DNA of 64,000 bases from Azolla caroliniana (Eukaryota > Plantae > Polypodiophyta), in contig JBHGNT010000022.1 in assembly GCA_043228905.1 (NCBI GenBank), forward strand, positions 3,038,001 to 3,102,000, read 5' to 3'. The notes beneath the pieces were generated by a model. That model had not been told where the DNA came from. It saw only the letters and a list, made by a program, of their open reading frames with translations, and ran no database searches. The position numbers and the translations under genes were made by a program. Within the stretch, counting starts at the first letter, position 1; every line of letters begins with the position of its first letter. Shown piece by piece: positions 1-15,400 of the stretch.

Positions 1-1250
1 TCAATTATTAAGAGTTTGCGTGATCAATTGTCCATATTCCTAGTTATAGCTTTGATATGTGTGTTATAATTAAGTCTTGGGTTCCTATTGATGCTAAAAC
101 CCATTTGGGCCATCACCATCATAAACATGTATCAGAACACATAGACAACAAACATGGTGAGATTAAACATGATAAAAAAACAAGTTCAAATCCTACTTGT
201 AGGAATCCTATTGATATTCACATCTAGTGTGTCACAATTGCTTCCCTTTCTTGTTGTGGCATATATAATATACGTTTATCATTTTTGGGAACTCTCCAAT
301 GTAGGTGATCGATATATTCTCACCGTGAACCAACTCTACAAACTACAACCCCTTCTCTTCAATGTTGGGGCTTCCATTCTTTTGGTGAAGAACCCACTCT
401 AGTAAGTGGTGCGTTGATGACAGAATTAAAAGAATGCGCAAAAATGTGTAAAAACTATACAATTTCAACACCCTTGCCATAAGATTGTTAGGACCACATC
501 TCCTTTATTCCACCAAGCAAAATGGTACCGTGTGCATATATGAATGTGAGTCCATGGCCACAAATCACAATAGAAGGCAAACAATCCATCATCATCTAGG
601 TGATATTCACATCAAGGAAGACAACATCAATTGTCTTGTGACTCCATTGGTTTTAACGAGGGATCTTTATGCATTTTCTAGAGATCCTATAATCATTGAA
701 CAAATATGCAAATACCAAGGTCCATGAAAAATAATAATTCAATCATCTTGTGGCCTCTCTATATGAGGAATTAGACTCCCGCCTATTTTGGAAGAGTGAT
801 GTGAGTATGATAAACTCTACATTGGATATCCAAGAAAAATGTGCAAGGAGAATGACATATGTATAGCTACACATTGTAAATATAAGAGTTGCACTAGTCA
901 TGAAAGAATTGTCACTGTAGTTGAAAATAGCATGCTTGCAAGTTTCACTGACAAAATTTGCATTTGAAAACTTGGTTTGTATTCGATATTCTTTATGTAA
1001 AAACAAAGATAAATAAATCAAGCACTCATGATGAGACAATGATGGAATACAGTTTAGCATTTAATACATTTAATGTAGAGAATATATTCCCATATACTCA
1101 TTACAAAAAGGATTATCATATATGTTCTCTAACAAGTGTCCTCACACACAAGGCGTTGTTGGGCAATCATTCAACTATCTGCAAGAGAGAGTCCACCAAG
1201 TGGGGAGATAAGTAGTGTAGAACCTATGCTCGAGGTCGAGCCTAGGTTTG
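1..1250 (-). mobile_element. Highly degraded Ty3/Gypsy-like pol relic (tentative)
   Basis: Scattered minus-strand fragments resemble the RNase H end (IEYKP.., ~985) and integrase (FTKRMEAP ~ FTKWVEA.P, ~385). There is no continuous ORF and the boundaries are approximate. Confidence 0.3.
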
Positions 1251-2111
1251 GTTGATCAAGTGCAAGGTTGGTATTGTGGTTCAGCGCGTTGTCATCAACA
1301 TAACGATAGTTGCAACAATAGTAACCTTACCATCTACTCTCCCCCAATTCCCTTGTTGGTTGCTTGACAATCTCTCATTCATGATGAGCATTAGATCTAC
1401 TCGTCATTTTTCTTTTACCCCTTCCCGCGACTCCCAGAGGTCGACCTTAGCTATGGGTAATTTAGCTTTGGCCCTAGGGTAGGGTGGAATTAGTTCTTGC
1501 TTCTTCCTTTTTCTATAAATCTTTGCCTAATATAAAGTTTACCTTGGTTACAATTTTCACCAAAATTAGGCTTATGTTTGAAGTCAGCTCTCATTTGATT
1601 GTTGCAGCAATTTTTGTCGACACTTCATGGATGTTTCATCAAAGGAAAACCCTCAATCTAAGACTTTCTCCATATGAACGAGGAAAATAAACCTTCCGTA
1701 ACTTCATTTTTAGGCCTGAAAATCCCTATTAATCTACTATAATATCGTTGGCTAGTGGTAGAAGAGTCAACACTCAAAAGCGTGGGTTTTGAATCCCTAC
1801 TCTAACTAGATATTCAATAAGTGACCTTGAAATTTTCCAACAAAGGGAGAATCTTAAGCATTTTGAAATGTTCACTCAATCACTTAAATTCACACCGAAA
1901 CATGTAATTCTTAATGAAAGGGAAAAAAAACAAGTAAACCCAAAAGAGAATTTTTAAATCTTTGCAAAGTGTTTATAAACCTAACAAATTACAATAAGTT
2001 TTCAGAAAATGAATCAAAATTACACAAGATTTAAAGTTTGGACCCTTTTATACAGGGTGAGAAGATATTTGGGTAAGAAAGGGATCCAAGATTATCCTTG
2101 ACTAGCAAGTT

Positions 2112-2908
2112 TTTTTTTTTTTTTTCCAAAATGAAGCTACTTTCCCATTAGTTAGGAAGGGTTATTACAAAGAGACTGTACAAGGAGGCTTATACATAGA
2201 TCGGGGAATCTCCCTCCGATCAAGTTCAAGAAAATGAGACTAGTTCCATCGCCTTTCGGACTGACTACTTAATGTAAGTACCTATAGCTAAAAACGGTGC
2301 CCTTTAGTGATGGCTAGTACGAGACAACTCTTGGGGCCGACAGCGAAGGGAGGGTGGTAAGTGAGTCAGAAACAACCAGTGTGGGCTAGTTGTTCCACCT
2401 CAGGCCACTTCCTCCTTGTGTCACCATAGGCGTGTTCCGCCATTTCTGTCAAAAGCGCAAACGGGCAATGACCACATCATTGGAATGGCTGCAAACCTCG
2501 TCCCATTGCCCTCGTAGGCAGTTCATAAGTGCAAACAATATGTCCATGATCACTTCCTCCGGGGGCCGCATCAGATCCTGAAAGACCTTTAGGCAACGCA
2601 CTTTCCATACATACCACAGGGTGAAGCCTGCGATCAACATCCAAATGCCCAGGAATATTGGCGATTTTGCCTCTCATGCATACGTAGCACCAACTATCCA
2701 CATTGAAGGAGTCCGTCCACCTATCAATGGAGTGATCAATCCATGTCGCTGCACTCCACGATGTTGTTCCTTCCACTTCACATGCCGCAAGGAGACGAGT
2801 CACTCTATCCCATACCTTTTGAGCTTGAGGGCAATCCCACAGACAATGCCTCAGAGTCTCAATAGGTGAATGGCAAAGTGGGCAGCCTAACGGGCCGCCA
2901 CGTTTACC
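2112..2908 (-). mobile_element. 5'-truncated L1-type LINE (ORF2 C-terminal zf-RVT region plus poly-A tail)
   Basis: T-run at ~2110-2125 is the poly-A tail. Minus ORFs carry CPLC...ETLRHCLWDC (zf-RVT CCHC). A 12-bp TSD GACTAGCAAGTT lies at 2100-2111 and 2909-2920. Confidence 0.9.
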
Positions 2909-3704
2909 GACTAGCAAGTTATTTACTATAAATCACCCATGCATTTCCCCTTACTTCCCTTTTGCAAGTTTTAAACCCTCCCTTTTTTTATACTAATTCT
3001 ACTCTTATACATTTTGATACAACCAAAGACGTATTCTTAAACTTGACTTTTCCACAAATTTCTCCCTTTGCACTAAAGCTTATTAATGAGAAACATTTTT
3101 TCTGAGGTTGTTGAACGCATCTTAACATTTGGATGTTTTTGGGCAAAAAAAAAAACCATTTGGATGTATTGTATATTGGATAGATTTGTGATCTTGCATG
3201 CATGAGACATATGATCACTTGTTTCTAACTTGTGTAATCATTGTCTATTTGATTTGGCACTTTTGTCGAATTTCTATGATATACCTCAAGTGTGCTTGAT
3301 TGGCCAATAATTGTTTAATCTTGTATTTCAATTGGTTAAGTTATTATATTTGAACAACTTTTCACAAGCGAGATTACTACCCATTCGCATAATAATTTTG
3401 TTGTATTATACAATTTCTACTCTTCATCAGATCCTTTTCTTCATAACACAAGACACTCTTTGCAACAAAAATTGGATGACCTCATCATAACAAACAAGCT
3501 TGAAGGCGACACACAAATGGGCAAACACATTCTAACAAATATTAACTCGAATGCTCTAATACCATTGAAAGAACTAAAAGAAATTTTATTTTTGAAGATC
3601 TTAATACAAAGTAGTGGAGACAATAAGAAGTTGTGTGTGTGTTGTGTGTCCACACGCGTGGAGAAGGAGAGAAATAATACATAAAGTGACCTTTAATCAA
3701 CAAC

Positions 3705-4762
3705 TTTTTTCTTTTTCTTTTTTCAAAATGAAGCTACTTTCCCATTAGTTAGGAAGGATTATTACATAGAGAGTCTACAAGGAGACTTATACACACATCG
3801 GGGAGTCTTCCTCCGATCAAGTAAAAGAAGATGAGCCTACTTACAATGCCTTGCGGCCTAACTTAATGTAAGAAGCTACCTATATCCAAGGAGATGCCCT
3901 TCAATGTTGCCTAGTACGAGTCAACTCTTGGGGCCTACAACGAAGAGAGGGTGGCAAGTGAGTAGGAAACAACCAACGTGGGGGCTGGTAGTTCCACCTC
4001 AGGCCACTCCCGCCTTGCATCACCATAGGTGTGTTCCGCCATTTCTGCCAAAAGCACAAACGGGCAAAGACCACGTCGTTGGAGTGGCTGCAAACCTCTT
4101 CCAGTTGCCCTCGTAGGCAGCTGATAAGCGCGAACCATATGTCCATGATCACTTCCTCCAGGGGTCGTACCGTACCTTGGAAAACCTTGAGGCAACGCGC
4201 TTTCCATATATACCACAAGGTGAAACCTACAATCAACATCCAGATTTCTGGAAACCTAGGGGATGCGGGCTGCAAGCCTCTTTCAAAACGGATCTTGACG
4301 ATTTTGCCTCTCGTGCATACATAGCACCAACTATCCACATTGACGGTGTCCGTCCACCCTTCGACCGAGTGATCAATCCATGCCGCAGCGCTCCACGAGG
4401 TTGTTCCTTCAACTACACGTGCCGCAAGGAGGCAAGTCACTCTATCCCATACCTTTTGAGCTTGAGGGCAATCCCACAGACAATGTCTCAGAGTCTCAAT
4501 AGGTTGAGAGCACAGTGGGCAGCCTAACGGGCCGTCACATTTATCTAGCCATTCACCAACGGGCACCACATTATGACCGATCTGCCACCAAAAGAGCTTG
4601 ATCTTTTTAGGCATGTGGAGACGCCAAAGACCCTTCCAAAAGGTAATGAGCACCTCATCGGGGATGCCCAATGTTCGCTAGCCATTGCGAAGGGGGGCTG
4701 CCTAGTTGCAGCTGCAAAGTCCGACCCAATTTAGTGGTGTAATCGAAGAAGGGGATGATAGC
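3705..4762 (-). mobile_element. 5'-truncated L1-type LINE, same family as 2112-2908
   Basis: ORF 3901-4671 reads FWKGLWRLHMPKKIKLFWW...CPLC...HCLWDC (zf-RVT). T-rich tail at 3705-3723 is followed by the same 3' UTR (caaaatgaagctactttcccattagttaggaagg). Possible TSD CAACAAC at 3698-3704 and 4763-4769. Confidence 0.88.
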
Positions 4763-5899
4763 CAACAACATTGACACTGTAGATGACTTCGTTTATAGAC
4801 AAGATAAATCAATGCACAATGACAAAGAGAATATGGAGAATCTATATGTTAGCATTTAATTTCAAGAATACACTCCCACACACTTACTACAAAAAAGTGT
4901 TGTAGCACACATTCTCCAATAAGTGTGTTCACGTTGTTTCCATGCTTATTTCCCGTTCAGCCCCATAGGAAGCACTTTCTAACAGATAGATACCAGTTAT
5001 GATTCATCCTTTTCATGGAGTTCCATGTGATGGGATGTAAGCACAATTTTACGCTAAGGAGAATAGTTTCTCACAAAAAAACAAATCCCTATATTTTGGC
5101 CTATGGCCCACCCAAAAAGATACAATGTATTCATAAATGGAAATGCTCTTGGATGCAAAGACCATTGCATGTTCTAATTTATGAGAAAACGCGGGGAAAT
5201 CCTAAGAACTCAGTAATGCGCACATTCAACATATAAGGATATCGGGGATGAGAACAATACCCTCGAACCTAGGCAAATGGAATGTGTAATTCTAAAAGTA
5301 GTACTTGCATTTGGCCAAGTGGTTTCCATGTGAAAGTCCAAGAACCTCCATTATTGAATAACGAATTATTATTATTCATCTATTAACAAATATAATTTAT
5401 GTACAAGTCCTTTATATACAATGTTGAGTGATCTAGCATGAATGCTATGTGTTACATTAATCTCATGTACATTCATTTAATATTCTTTTCCAATTTTGTA
5501 TATATTAATATCATTTTCCAATTTTGCATACAAAACATTGATGAGCACAACTCATATGAAGTTGGTATATTGATAAGTAATTGTCGTACACTTCATTCCC
5601 ACACCTTCCAACAACAATGGTCATAGGCACCAATACCCAAGTGGCGAGTTTAGCAAAAGGGAAAGGGAAATGAAGTGTATGACATTTACTTGGGCATGTT
5701 TGGCTTGTATGAAGTTGGTTGTGTCAATAATAACCAAGTGTTACATTGTCTACTTGTACCTATCTGCACCACTAACATTAGGGTAGAGTTAGGCTAGGTT
5801 GGTCTAACAATTTGGTTTGGAGAGAGGATTCCATTGGTGGAGAAGCATGTTTAGGAAGAACAATCAAATCTATAATACATTGGAAGCCCAACTAAAATT

Positions 5900-6431
5900 C
5901 CTCTAAATTTCAAGTTGCATTGTAGTCATCTTAAGGCAACTTGGAAGGTGATCATGATTGGTTGATATATATATATTTTGGGTGTTCTCCTCTCTACATC
6001 CATGAGGAGGCAGGGCTCATTGCATTGTATATGCATAATCACTCAAAGTAAAAGTATATGCAAAAAAGTGTTTCAACAAATAAAGCAAAACCTTGTTCAT
6101 TGTGTGAAGGAAAGCTGGTCAATGCTTATTTCAATTTTAAAAGGTCACTATGACCCCTTCATTGGTAATGAAGATACCGTCTTTCAGAAACAACAATCAT
6201 TTAAAGGCAAGTGGAAGGATTTGTTCGTCTTTGTGGAGAGAAATGACAAAATAGTTTGGCAATATGTACCCCCTCGATAGTTGTTTCTTCCATAACTGGA
6301 GTTTGGTTTCACTTATGACTTAGTGGGGGATGCACCTTTTCTTTGCTATCTTACCCTCCTCTATATTATATCATTATATGCTTTGTATAGGCTTATTTGA
6401 TTGGTAATGGAAACTATGGTGTAGTTTTGTT

Positions 6432-6468
<37 letters not shown>

Positions 6469-6470
6469 AA
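5900..6470 (+). mobile_element. Old LINE 3'-end relic with (AAAT)n tail
   Basis: WSMLISILKGHY...KWK...WQYVPPR (ORF 5978-6280) aligns with WFALISCLRGQL...KWR...WNYQPPR at the end of the 3901-4671 LINE ORF. An (AAAT)n run lies at ~6435-6468. Confidence 0.6.
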
Positions 6471-9400
6471 ATTAAACTACTTGCCTCCAAGTGAATACAT
6501 AGCTAGCATACAAATATATTTTGACCAAACGTTATGTGTAACAATACTTGTATCTAGAGTGCAATGTAAAAATATAGATTGGGTTTATGCAAGAATATAA
6601 GAGACACAGTTATTGAAGTGTGACGGTAATCGAAATATATTTAGAAAAAGGCAATATCTGACTTTATACAAAAGAGTTTCTAAGTGTAGTTGGTAACTAT
6701 ATTATATAAAATGGAATATATCAAAGAAAGTAAAAACGAAGGAATGAAAAGTGCCAACAAATAAAGAACATGGGACGTCAATACTAATTTCATATATTGG
6801 ATATTCGAATCCTATTAGGAGCAAGAAAGATATCATCGATGTACATGCATGAACAATAAAACCTTAATCAATAACCTTATATATGGGTAACATCCATCTT
6901 TACCCCTTTCTTGACTCACTCTCTTTAACACTACTCTTTCCTGTTGTTTGTGAAGGTAAAGCTATATTGTGATGATGATTTACTTCCTCTCCTTTTTATG
7001 TTAATCCTTACAATCAACACATAATTCTAGGTTTAGCCATTTTGGACATCGTGTGCTAAACACATCATGATTTCATGGATGTTGACAACAAGTAATGTAT
7101 GAATGCTTTCCCTTACCTATAAACAATTTTCATAAATTCGTCTTGCTAAAGAGACTCATCTACATCGAAACCATAGTATCAATAAGAGATAGTTGAGCAA
7201 TCGATCCCTTGTTACCAAGACTAGGAGCCAATACTATAGACATTATAATAGTAGTCTTGGAGAACTGGGACAAAAGGAATTATATGCATAAAAACATATT
7301 AAATATTCTCATCTCAAACGTACATGTGTTGATTAAAGGTAATTTATTGGCCAAAAATACCATGGGTACACACATTATGCCCCTGTATCAGAAGGATTTG
7401 CTTTTGATTCACGAATACAAGGTAGAATCAACATACAAAATGTTTGGGGATGGATATTAGGCACAACTACTCATCGAGGCAATGCCACAATAATCATCAT
7501 AAGTAAGTCATTCATTGGACCGTGTTCGAATTTCCGGTCACAATAAACATGGTTTGATTTATGTTCTCAATGCATGTTATTATATGGTTCGATTTACATT
7601 CTCGAGTTGTAACACCTTTTCTCTAGTATTCTCTTATGTGTGATAGTCCATGAGAATAATGTTGTGTTTCCAACTATCATGCCTTTTTCCTAATATATAA
7701 CTTGTCACTAAAACGTAGAGGATGATGGATTGATGGGTACGGAAAACTATGAGTGAATGTCCGAACATCATATGTTCAATGCAAAAGCAAAAGATATCCA
7801 TAACCAGTTTCATTTTATTTTGCATGAAATAAAGCGATTAAGCGATGACCAAGCAAGAGTTTGGGAATCACAAAGCACTCATTTATATTATGAAACCATA
7901 TGAAAAAACACAAATTTATAATTCACCCTTTTGTCATTGATTGACCAAGACAATCGGTGGCCAAATAGTTTTTGTACAAAGACTTAGTGTAGAATGCAAC
8001 AAAAGCTTGTCCATAAATGAGACTTTAATGTGATGGCCATGAACGATGCTCAACACAAAACAATCATCTACATTTACAACTATTTATCAATGAAGGAATA
8101 ATGCATGAAACATTAACCTTTTCGTCTAATGCTATAAAAAAAGGTTACACTAAATAGTTGCATACACATATACACCTAGAAGAAGAGGAGAAGTTATCTA
8201 AATGATTAGTTTTACTTGTTGCATTGTTGGAGCAACATGCGCTACTAGGCCTTGAGCAACTCGATCCGGCTACACATTCCTTTGATATTTACACGTGCAA
8301 TCTTGTAGATAATCCATCTTATTTGTATATTTCCATCCATCTTTAGCCCTTATATTTTAGACCTCCATTCACATATTAAAAACGTAGAACAAGTATATGC
8401 TTGTGTAATAAATTACAAAACAATGAGGCTAATTCCACCATAAGCTAGACATATGCTTACCACAACGTAACCTATTGTAGTAATAGATATTCCTCAAGTA
8501 TCATAACATGAATACAATAATAACATATTGATTTTCGAACAACAATAGTTTATGTACATTGTATACTATATTTACTAAAAGATAATAGATTTTGCATTTA
8601 GAAATAAACAACAAGAGATCATGTGTGTGTGTGTGAAAGAGAGAGATCAATAGCAAACCTCTCCCAAATTTTATCACTAGTGCCAAAGTAGGGATGAATA
8701 TGCAAATTGGAGAGTTCGCTTTTACATGCCAATATGACTATTGCTTAGCAATTCGTAGGAGTCAGTGAATATATAAAACCTTCAACTTATCACCATCAAA
8801 TAATTATTGTACATAGGCTTCTCACAACACATCGAAATTTCACACAATCTTGACGTGTTTGACTTTGCGTACTTGTTCTTTTGGGCACATCATTAATATT
8901 GCAAATAATATCTAGCGATGTGTTTACGAGCAAATCAAAGAAATGCTTGATAACACGTTGGTTGAGCATTTCATTTTTTTGCCTGTTGAAGATTATGGTT
9001 GGTTTCCAATGTACATTGTCATAAGTGCATTTATGGGAGCAATTGATTTGATTGTGGCTTGACAATATCTAGCTTGAGAGATCGTAAATTTTCTTACAAC
9101 AGAAAACAAAATATCTCAAACAACATGAACGAGATGAAATCAATCATAAAATTGCATGCCTAAGGGTGAGCGAGCAAGAGGAAATATCTGCAAGGTGAAA
9201 CCAATCACAACACTACATGCCCAAGGATTAGTAGGTGAGAAGAAATATCTCCAATGTGAAACCAACCACCACATGACCGAGGATTCATAATCAATAAGAA
9301 ATGAATAGAGATAGCAATAAAGACTACAAGTCATCACGTACGAAAGAAGTGGACATATGATACATATGAGGAGACAAAAAGGTACATGGCCTTAAATAGT

Positions 9401-11689
9401 TGATGATATCATATTATGAGTATTCAAACAAGCAAGACAAAAAAAAAAAAAAAAAAACAATAAAACAACTATACTTAATGGCACTTTGGGAGGCCTAACG
9501 TTTGGCGGGATGTTTGTTGTTTTAATTATTTGGGATGTCACAAAACAATGTAATGGAATCTCATGCTCTCTCTTTTGGCACAACAAATTTCAGTTAGTTA
9601 AGCATCAAAATTGGTCACATGTGTTCCTCGCCATGCAAACTTAGAACTTTTAGAAACATCCCCCCTTGTTGGCAGTAACATAAGTTGCCAAAACATTTTT
9701 TTACCGAAGGATCCACAATATATATATATATATATGATGAGTAGGTGGACCAATGTCTATATGACCATACTCTTCAATGCCTTAGTTGGTATGGAAACCA
9801 ACATGCGTTTCATACTATACTAATATTGTCTCTGAGCTCATTATGACATTTAATAAGCTACACGGTAGTTAAAACTTTCCATGTCAACGTTTTAATGCTC
9901 GTTGGAACAAGCAAGCTTAATAGCATCTAAACATTATATATATATATATATATATCCATGAAAAGTATACACATGGTAATTCAAGTTACTTTTATGTTAT
10001 CATTGCATTCTTCTTTGTTGAGGTCAAATAGTTCGTAGTTGTTTCCATGGACATAATTGGAGTAGAACAAAGAGTTTTGCAAAGTGTTGTAGATGAGCAA
10101 TTGTCAGTTGTGTGCACATGGGGAAAGGATAGATTTTGGGCCGTCATGTTGACATGGTGCCGTAAATGAGTTTGCAACGATGTTAGTAATTATTACCAAC
10201 ACCTCGACATATTTAGGGTGGACCCAACACAAATTAAATTTCTTGAAAGGTAGGCATTACCACGAGCCAATGTGAGTCCCCGCCTTTTCAAAGGGGGCAT
10301 TCTCCCATCACTTTGCCTTATTGATATTATCAAATGTGGAACCTACATTATGATAGTGGTATGAATGCATCAATGTATGTTTTGATGGACAAAGGCGACA
10401 TATTATTCAATAAATTCCTTTACCTTTAAATATATGTCTATGCACATGCTGAAAATGCTCTAAAGAATACTTACTTAGTACGTGCAAAAATTGTAGAAGC
10501 TCACGAAAGAGTTCAACTTTGTTGATGAGGCCTCTTTTGCAACTATGATCGAAAAAGGAAAGGGGAAACAGTAAACAATGTCATATTGTTTGACATCAAG
10601 AAACGACGACAAAACTGGTTTATTGATGGTCTCCTCCTATGTTTTCAATGAGAGTAGGAGGAACAAGTTTTAGGTGGAATTATTAAGCTTCTATTCTTGA
10701 TGCCCCTCCCCTCTCTTGTGAAACCTCGACGACATTGTCATGAGAAGCACATTATCACCATGTCACTTTGCAATGCTACTTGACAATTGCTTGTCATAAG
10801 ACCTCTAGGCGAAAAAAAGTATATAAGAGAGATGTAATGAAAGCTATGGCAAAAGGCACATAATACTCTTACCTACTATATTGCCATAGATATATAAGTC
10901 TACATCCCCAATTTGTGTAGACAATGACGAAATAACTTAAACAAAAAAACAAGAAGTTGCACCTTGCTACGCGAGTAAATACATGATTTAACTTATTTTC
11001 TTCGGAACAAAATAAGATGAAAATAGCAACACATTCCTGCATCAATAAATTTGAGTTTTAACTCTTGTTCAAGGGAAACTACAATGACACATCATTTGCG
11101 ACATCAATAGTTTTAGGATTTATAGATGCTTCAAAACTTAACAAAACTTCATTAATCTCAATACTACATTTTACTCAACTTTCGGATGTAATAACTTTAT
11201 GTGAGTTTATAAGATGGATTGAATGTGTTAAAATTAGCTCAATGTAATCAAAATTAAGATTCTCACTCTCGTCCCATTCATTATCGTGAAAAATGACAAT
11301 AAAAACAATACATGAGGAGGCCAATTTACAAGGTCCAAAGTCCTTACTTACGAGGTCCATTTGTTGTGTTTCTTTGGATCCTTATCCATACATCTTTGCA
11401 ACATGTTTTGTTATAGTTTCTCACCATCGAAGATCTGTGCTCGTGCACTTTGATAGCCCAGTGTTATCCACATCTTGTATTAGGTTAGTCAAGTACATTG
11501 TCAAGTTTGTCTCTCTTGACGCACACATGCACAAACAAGCACATACAAACATACCTCTTGATTGCCTAATGGCTCGCACAATATGGTGCGACTCATCGTC
11601 ACTTAGAGGAGACACTATTGTATGTCTAGATAAGATCCCCTAGGTGCTAGGATGGAAAAACAAGGAGCAAAGGGAGAGGGTAAACAAGT

Positions 11690-12460
11690 GACATACACAT
11701 ACATACTATCATGTTGTTGATCAAGAGTGGTGGGATGACAAAGACAATGTATTAAAAAACACCAAAACAAAGGTGAGATTAATGTACATATACATACACA
11801 TACCTACATATACATTAGCACATTGACATACATACACGTGCCCACACACACACACACACAATCTGAATAACAAGCTAGAGGTGAGGGTAACCTCCTCAAT
11901 GGACATACACATGCATACATACAAACCCAACACACACATGTAGACATACATACATACATACACAACAGAGTGAGAAAGAAAGAAATATTAACACTGTCCT
12001 TTAAGAGGCCAAAATGGCCTATAAGAACAAACAAGCGATTACATATAAAGTGTTTGTCTTGTCTTCGAGAAGAACAAATCAAAATAAATAAATGTCACCG
12101 AGTAAAATAAAGTAAATAAGATAAAGGGAAGAGGCTGAAGAACCTTGTTATTGGTACATGTCAAATTCTCAAGTTAAAAAAAAAAAAAAAAAACTCTCAT
12201 TTTGTCTTCGAAAAAGATCAGTGGCACAAGTTGATCCAAAATGGAGAGGATTTCCGAAGCCGAGGGAAGCAACTCGCGATGGGCCGGGAGATAATTAATT
12301 GCCTTTACTTGTCGATGACAAAGGGCGGTGAGATCATGGTCCATGGGGCCAGATACCTACATGCATATATATATACATATACATATACATATATACACAT
12401 ACACACAACTATACATATACATATAGCTATACATATACATATACATATACATACATAGTA
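11690..12460. repeat. Degenerate (TACA)/(CA)/(TATACA) microsatellite tracts
   Basis: Directly visible at 11690-11965 and 12350-12456. Confidence 0.85.
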
Positions 12461-12669
12461 AAAGAAACCCCACTAGTTCCATGATGATATGTATAGGAAG
12501 GAGAATAGAGATTGAGAGGACATCCATCATGCATAAAATGTTTCTTTACTCTCTCTCTCTCACACACAAATAGTTTCTCTCTCTCTCTCTCTCTTTACTC
12601 TCTCTCAGTCCTCTGTTTCTTTACTCTCTCTCTTTCTCTCTCAGTGAAAACACACAATTATATATAATA

Positions 12670-15400
12670 AATGTGTGTAAAAAACACTACTTACAATGAG
12701 TGTGACAATGGAGTATGGTCACCCACTAAGTATACTACATGGGTAGTGGAACATGTTGAATTGCCAATAGGCAAGACGAACACTCCACCAAGGAAAGAAT
12801 TTCCACTTGCTCCAATAAAGAAAATTGCCACATTAGTATTCCCTTCAACTTTCGTAGATATGCTTTCACTCCATGTCTACCATCGAATACAAAAGCGTTG
12901 CGCATATTCCAATTATGACGCAAGCCCCCATATCTTAGAAATAGAAAAATGATCTCCATCTCTGGTCTTGGGTCAACCTGTGTAAATTGTGCAAACACCC
13001 AATGTCTAGGTGTCAAATAACACCGTGATAAGACTTGCCAATTTTGAGAAATGTTATTCCAAACCTGACAAGCAATCAGACATTGTATAAATCAATGAGT
13101 ACTATCTTCCATTGAACAGTGCAAAAGAAGTAATTACCCGTTGCTAGTCCACGACGCTTTAGAGCTAATCCCAAAGCAATCCTCCAATCAAAACTCTCCA
13201 AATGAAGACATTTGCTACAAGTGGCAATTTAGAATGCCAACTATGTTGTAAGATCTGCCACCACCCATGATTGGATTTGTGTATTCCCCGTTCTTCTTCA
13301 GCCTTAGATGATAACCATCCAAGAGACTCGACAGAGAAATGATACAAAAGATTAGTAGTCACTTGTAACAACGACGTTTGACCCTTTAAACACCAATCAA
13401 TCCACGATTGTTCTCCTGTTTGTAGAGGTAAGGAAGCTTGCATCAATGGAATATTTTGTAGTTGTTGCCAAATAAACCCATCATTAGGTAGAATGCGTAA
13501 TAATTGTGCACTTCAACAAACTCCAAAATTCTTTGAGATGGAGCCTCAACTATATCTCCCAGCTCTTTAACCCCCAAACGAAACAAACGATTAAATTGAG
13601 AGCGCAATCTCTCCTTTCTTGGCCAACATAATAATCGAGAAGACACAATCAACTCTTTTTGCAAAGAATTACAATGCTCTCTACTAGGTGATGGTTTCCA
13701 TACACATAACAAGAGTGCTTCTTGCCATGAGGTAACCAAGTGTTGAACACATATAGAGCCCGGAATCCTAAGTGAAATACATCCATTTAGTAATTGCCAC
13801 CATGAAGCCTTAATCGTTGTCCTCCCATGTGTTAAACCCTTGTTCTCAATGAAATATTGAACAATAGATATCCATGGTTGTGAGTTTGAACACATGTCTT
13901 GTAATAATGAAAATCTACGAGCCATCATATGCTTAGATAAGTTCAATATTCCAACGTCCCCCAAGCACTTAGGGGTTGCTAGATGATTCCATGCAACCCA
14001 AGTGATTCCCATCTTATCCACAACAAATATCGAAGAGGTTACGAAATAGAATGCAAAGCCTTCTTTGTCCATGGCAACAATGGCAAGTAATATAGTATCA
14101 TGAGTTCCATAATACATTGTACAACCTTCAAGTGTACATGAAATGGCCAAGATAGTGACTTCCAATACATGAACTTATCCCTCAGCTTACTAGACATCCA
14201 TTCAATAAATTGACCATTTGGAACATTCACTCCTAATGGATAGCCCAAGTGTCGAAAAACTAAGAGCCTTTCTTCACCATAGATCCTTGCCATCCTAAAC
14301 AATGAGACTAGACTTGACTTCCTCCAATTAATATGTAATCCGGAAGCCAATGCAAATTGGTTCCATACAAGCATCCCCTTCTCAAGATTCTCTCATGAGG
14401 CTTTTAAAAACATGAAAGGATCATCAGCCAAAGCTTGTGCTACCAATTGCCCTCCAGACGGAAGGTGTAGACCCATAATGTCACCATTTGTTGCAAGCCT
14501 TGATAATCACTAACAAGGGATGAGTAACAATAGCAAACAACAATGGGCTAAGAGGGCATACTTGACGAACGGATCTTGTGAGGGCAATATCTCATGTAAC
14601 TCCCCCATTAAGCATTACTCGAGACACCGCATCTTGTCCTAATAAAAATATGAGGCGAGACATACGAGGTCCAAAGCCCATTGTATGCCTTAACCTAGAA
14701 ACAAAAAGACCAATTAACATGATCATAAGCTTTCTCCAAATCTAATTGCACCATAATCAAATCTTGATGAGTGTTTCGAGCATATAATCCATGACCATTT
14801 GAACATTCAACACATTATGCAATATATTCCTACCTGCAATAAAACCATATTGGGCGGGATGTATCAACTTTGGCAAATACTTTTGTAACCTATTTGCCAA
14901 GACCTTTGTAAATATCTTATACAACCTCCCCTCATCAAAGAAATAGATCTCCATTGATGAAATGACTCGAGAGATGCCACCTTTGGAACTAATTTAATGA
15001 GACCAACCATCCAAGCTTGAGGCATACGACCAGAATCCCAAGAATGTTGAAACATCAAAGTTAAAGGCCCCCTTTAAAATGTTTGAATATCGCTTAAAAA
15101 CTTCATTTGTCAAGCCATCCCAACCAGGGAGGGCTCTTACCATTAGGAAGATGCCTTAAAACTGTGGCCACCTCATCCTCAGTGAAATCCCGCATCCAAT
15201 TCATGACTAATGAGATCCTGCACAATACATCCTAACCACATCATAAAACTCATGACGTGCGCTACTCACCTCATTTGTCATTAAAAATAATGGGACCAAT
15301 CAACTCCTTAAAAGTAATGAACACATAATGTCAATGATTGTAGTAGGATCCACAATCCATTCATCCCCTTGTTTCACATGTACCACATTAGATCCGAGCA
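12670..15400 (-). mobile_element. Degenerate L1-type LINE ORF2 (reverse transcriptase plus zf-RVT)
   Basis: Ordered RT motifs on the minus strand: IKLVPK..WRSISL, YKIFTKVLANRL..LIHPAQYGFIAGRNI, LDLEKAYDHVNW (~14745), CPLAPLLF (~14555), ADD (~14425), GLHINWRKS, RHLGYPLG, and zf-RVT W..KLP..VFIWR. Many stops and frameshifts; ends approximate. Confidence 0.9.

Noticed and set aside
7000-10400. Faint CACTA/hAT transposase-like peptides (FWTSCAKH, LKSHLW, TY..CGIA)
   Set aside because: There is no ORF, the motif order is inconsistent and no paired TIRs were found; this needs a profile search.
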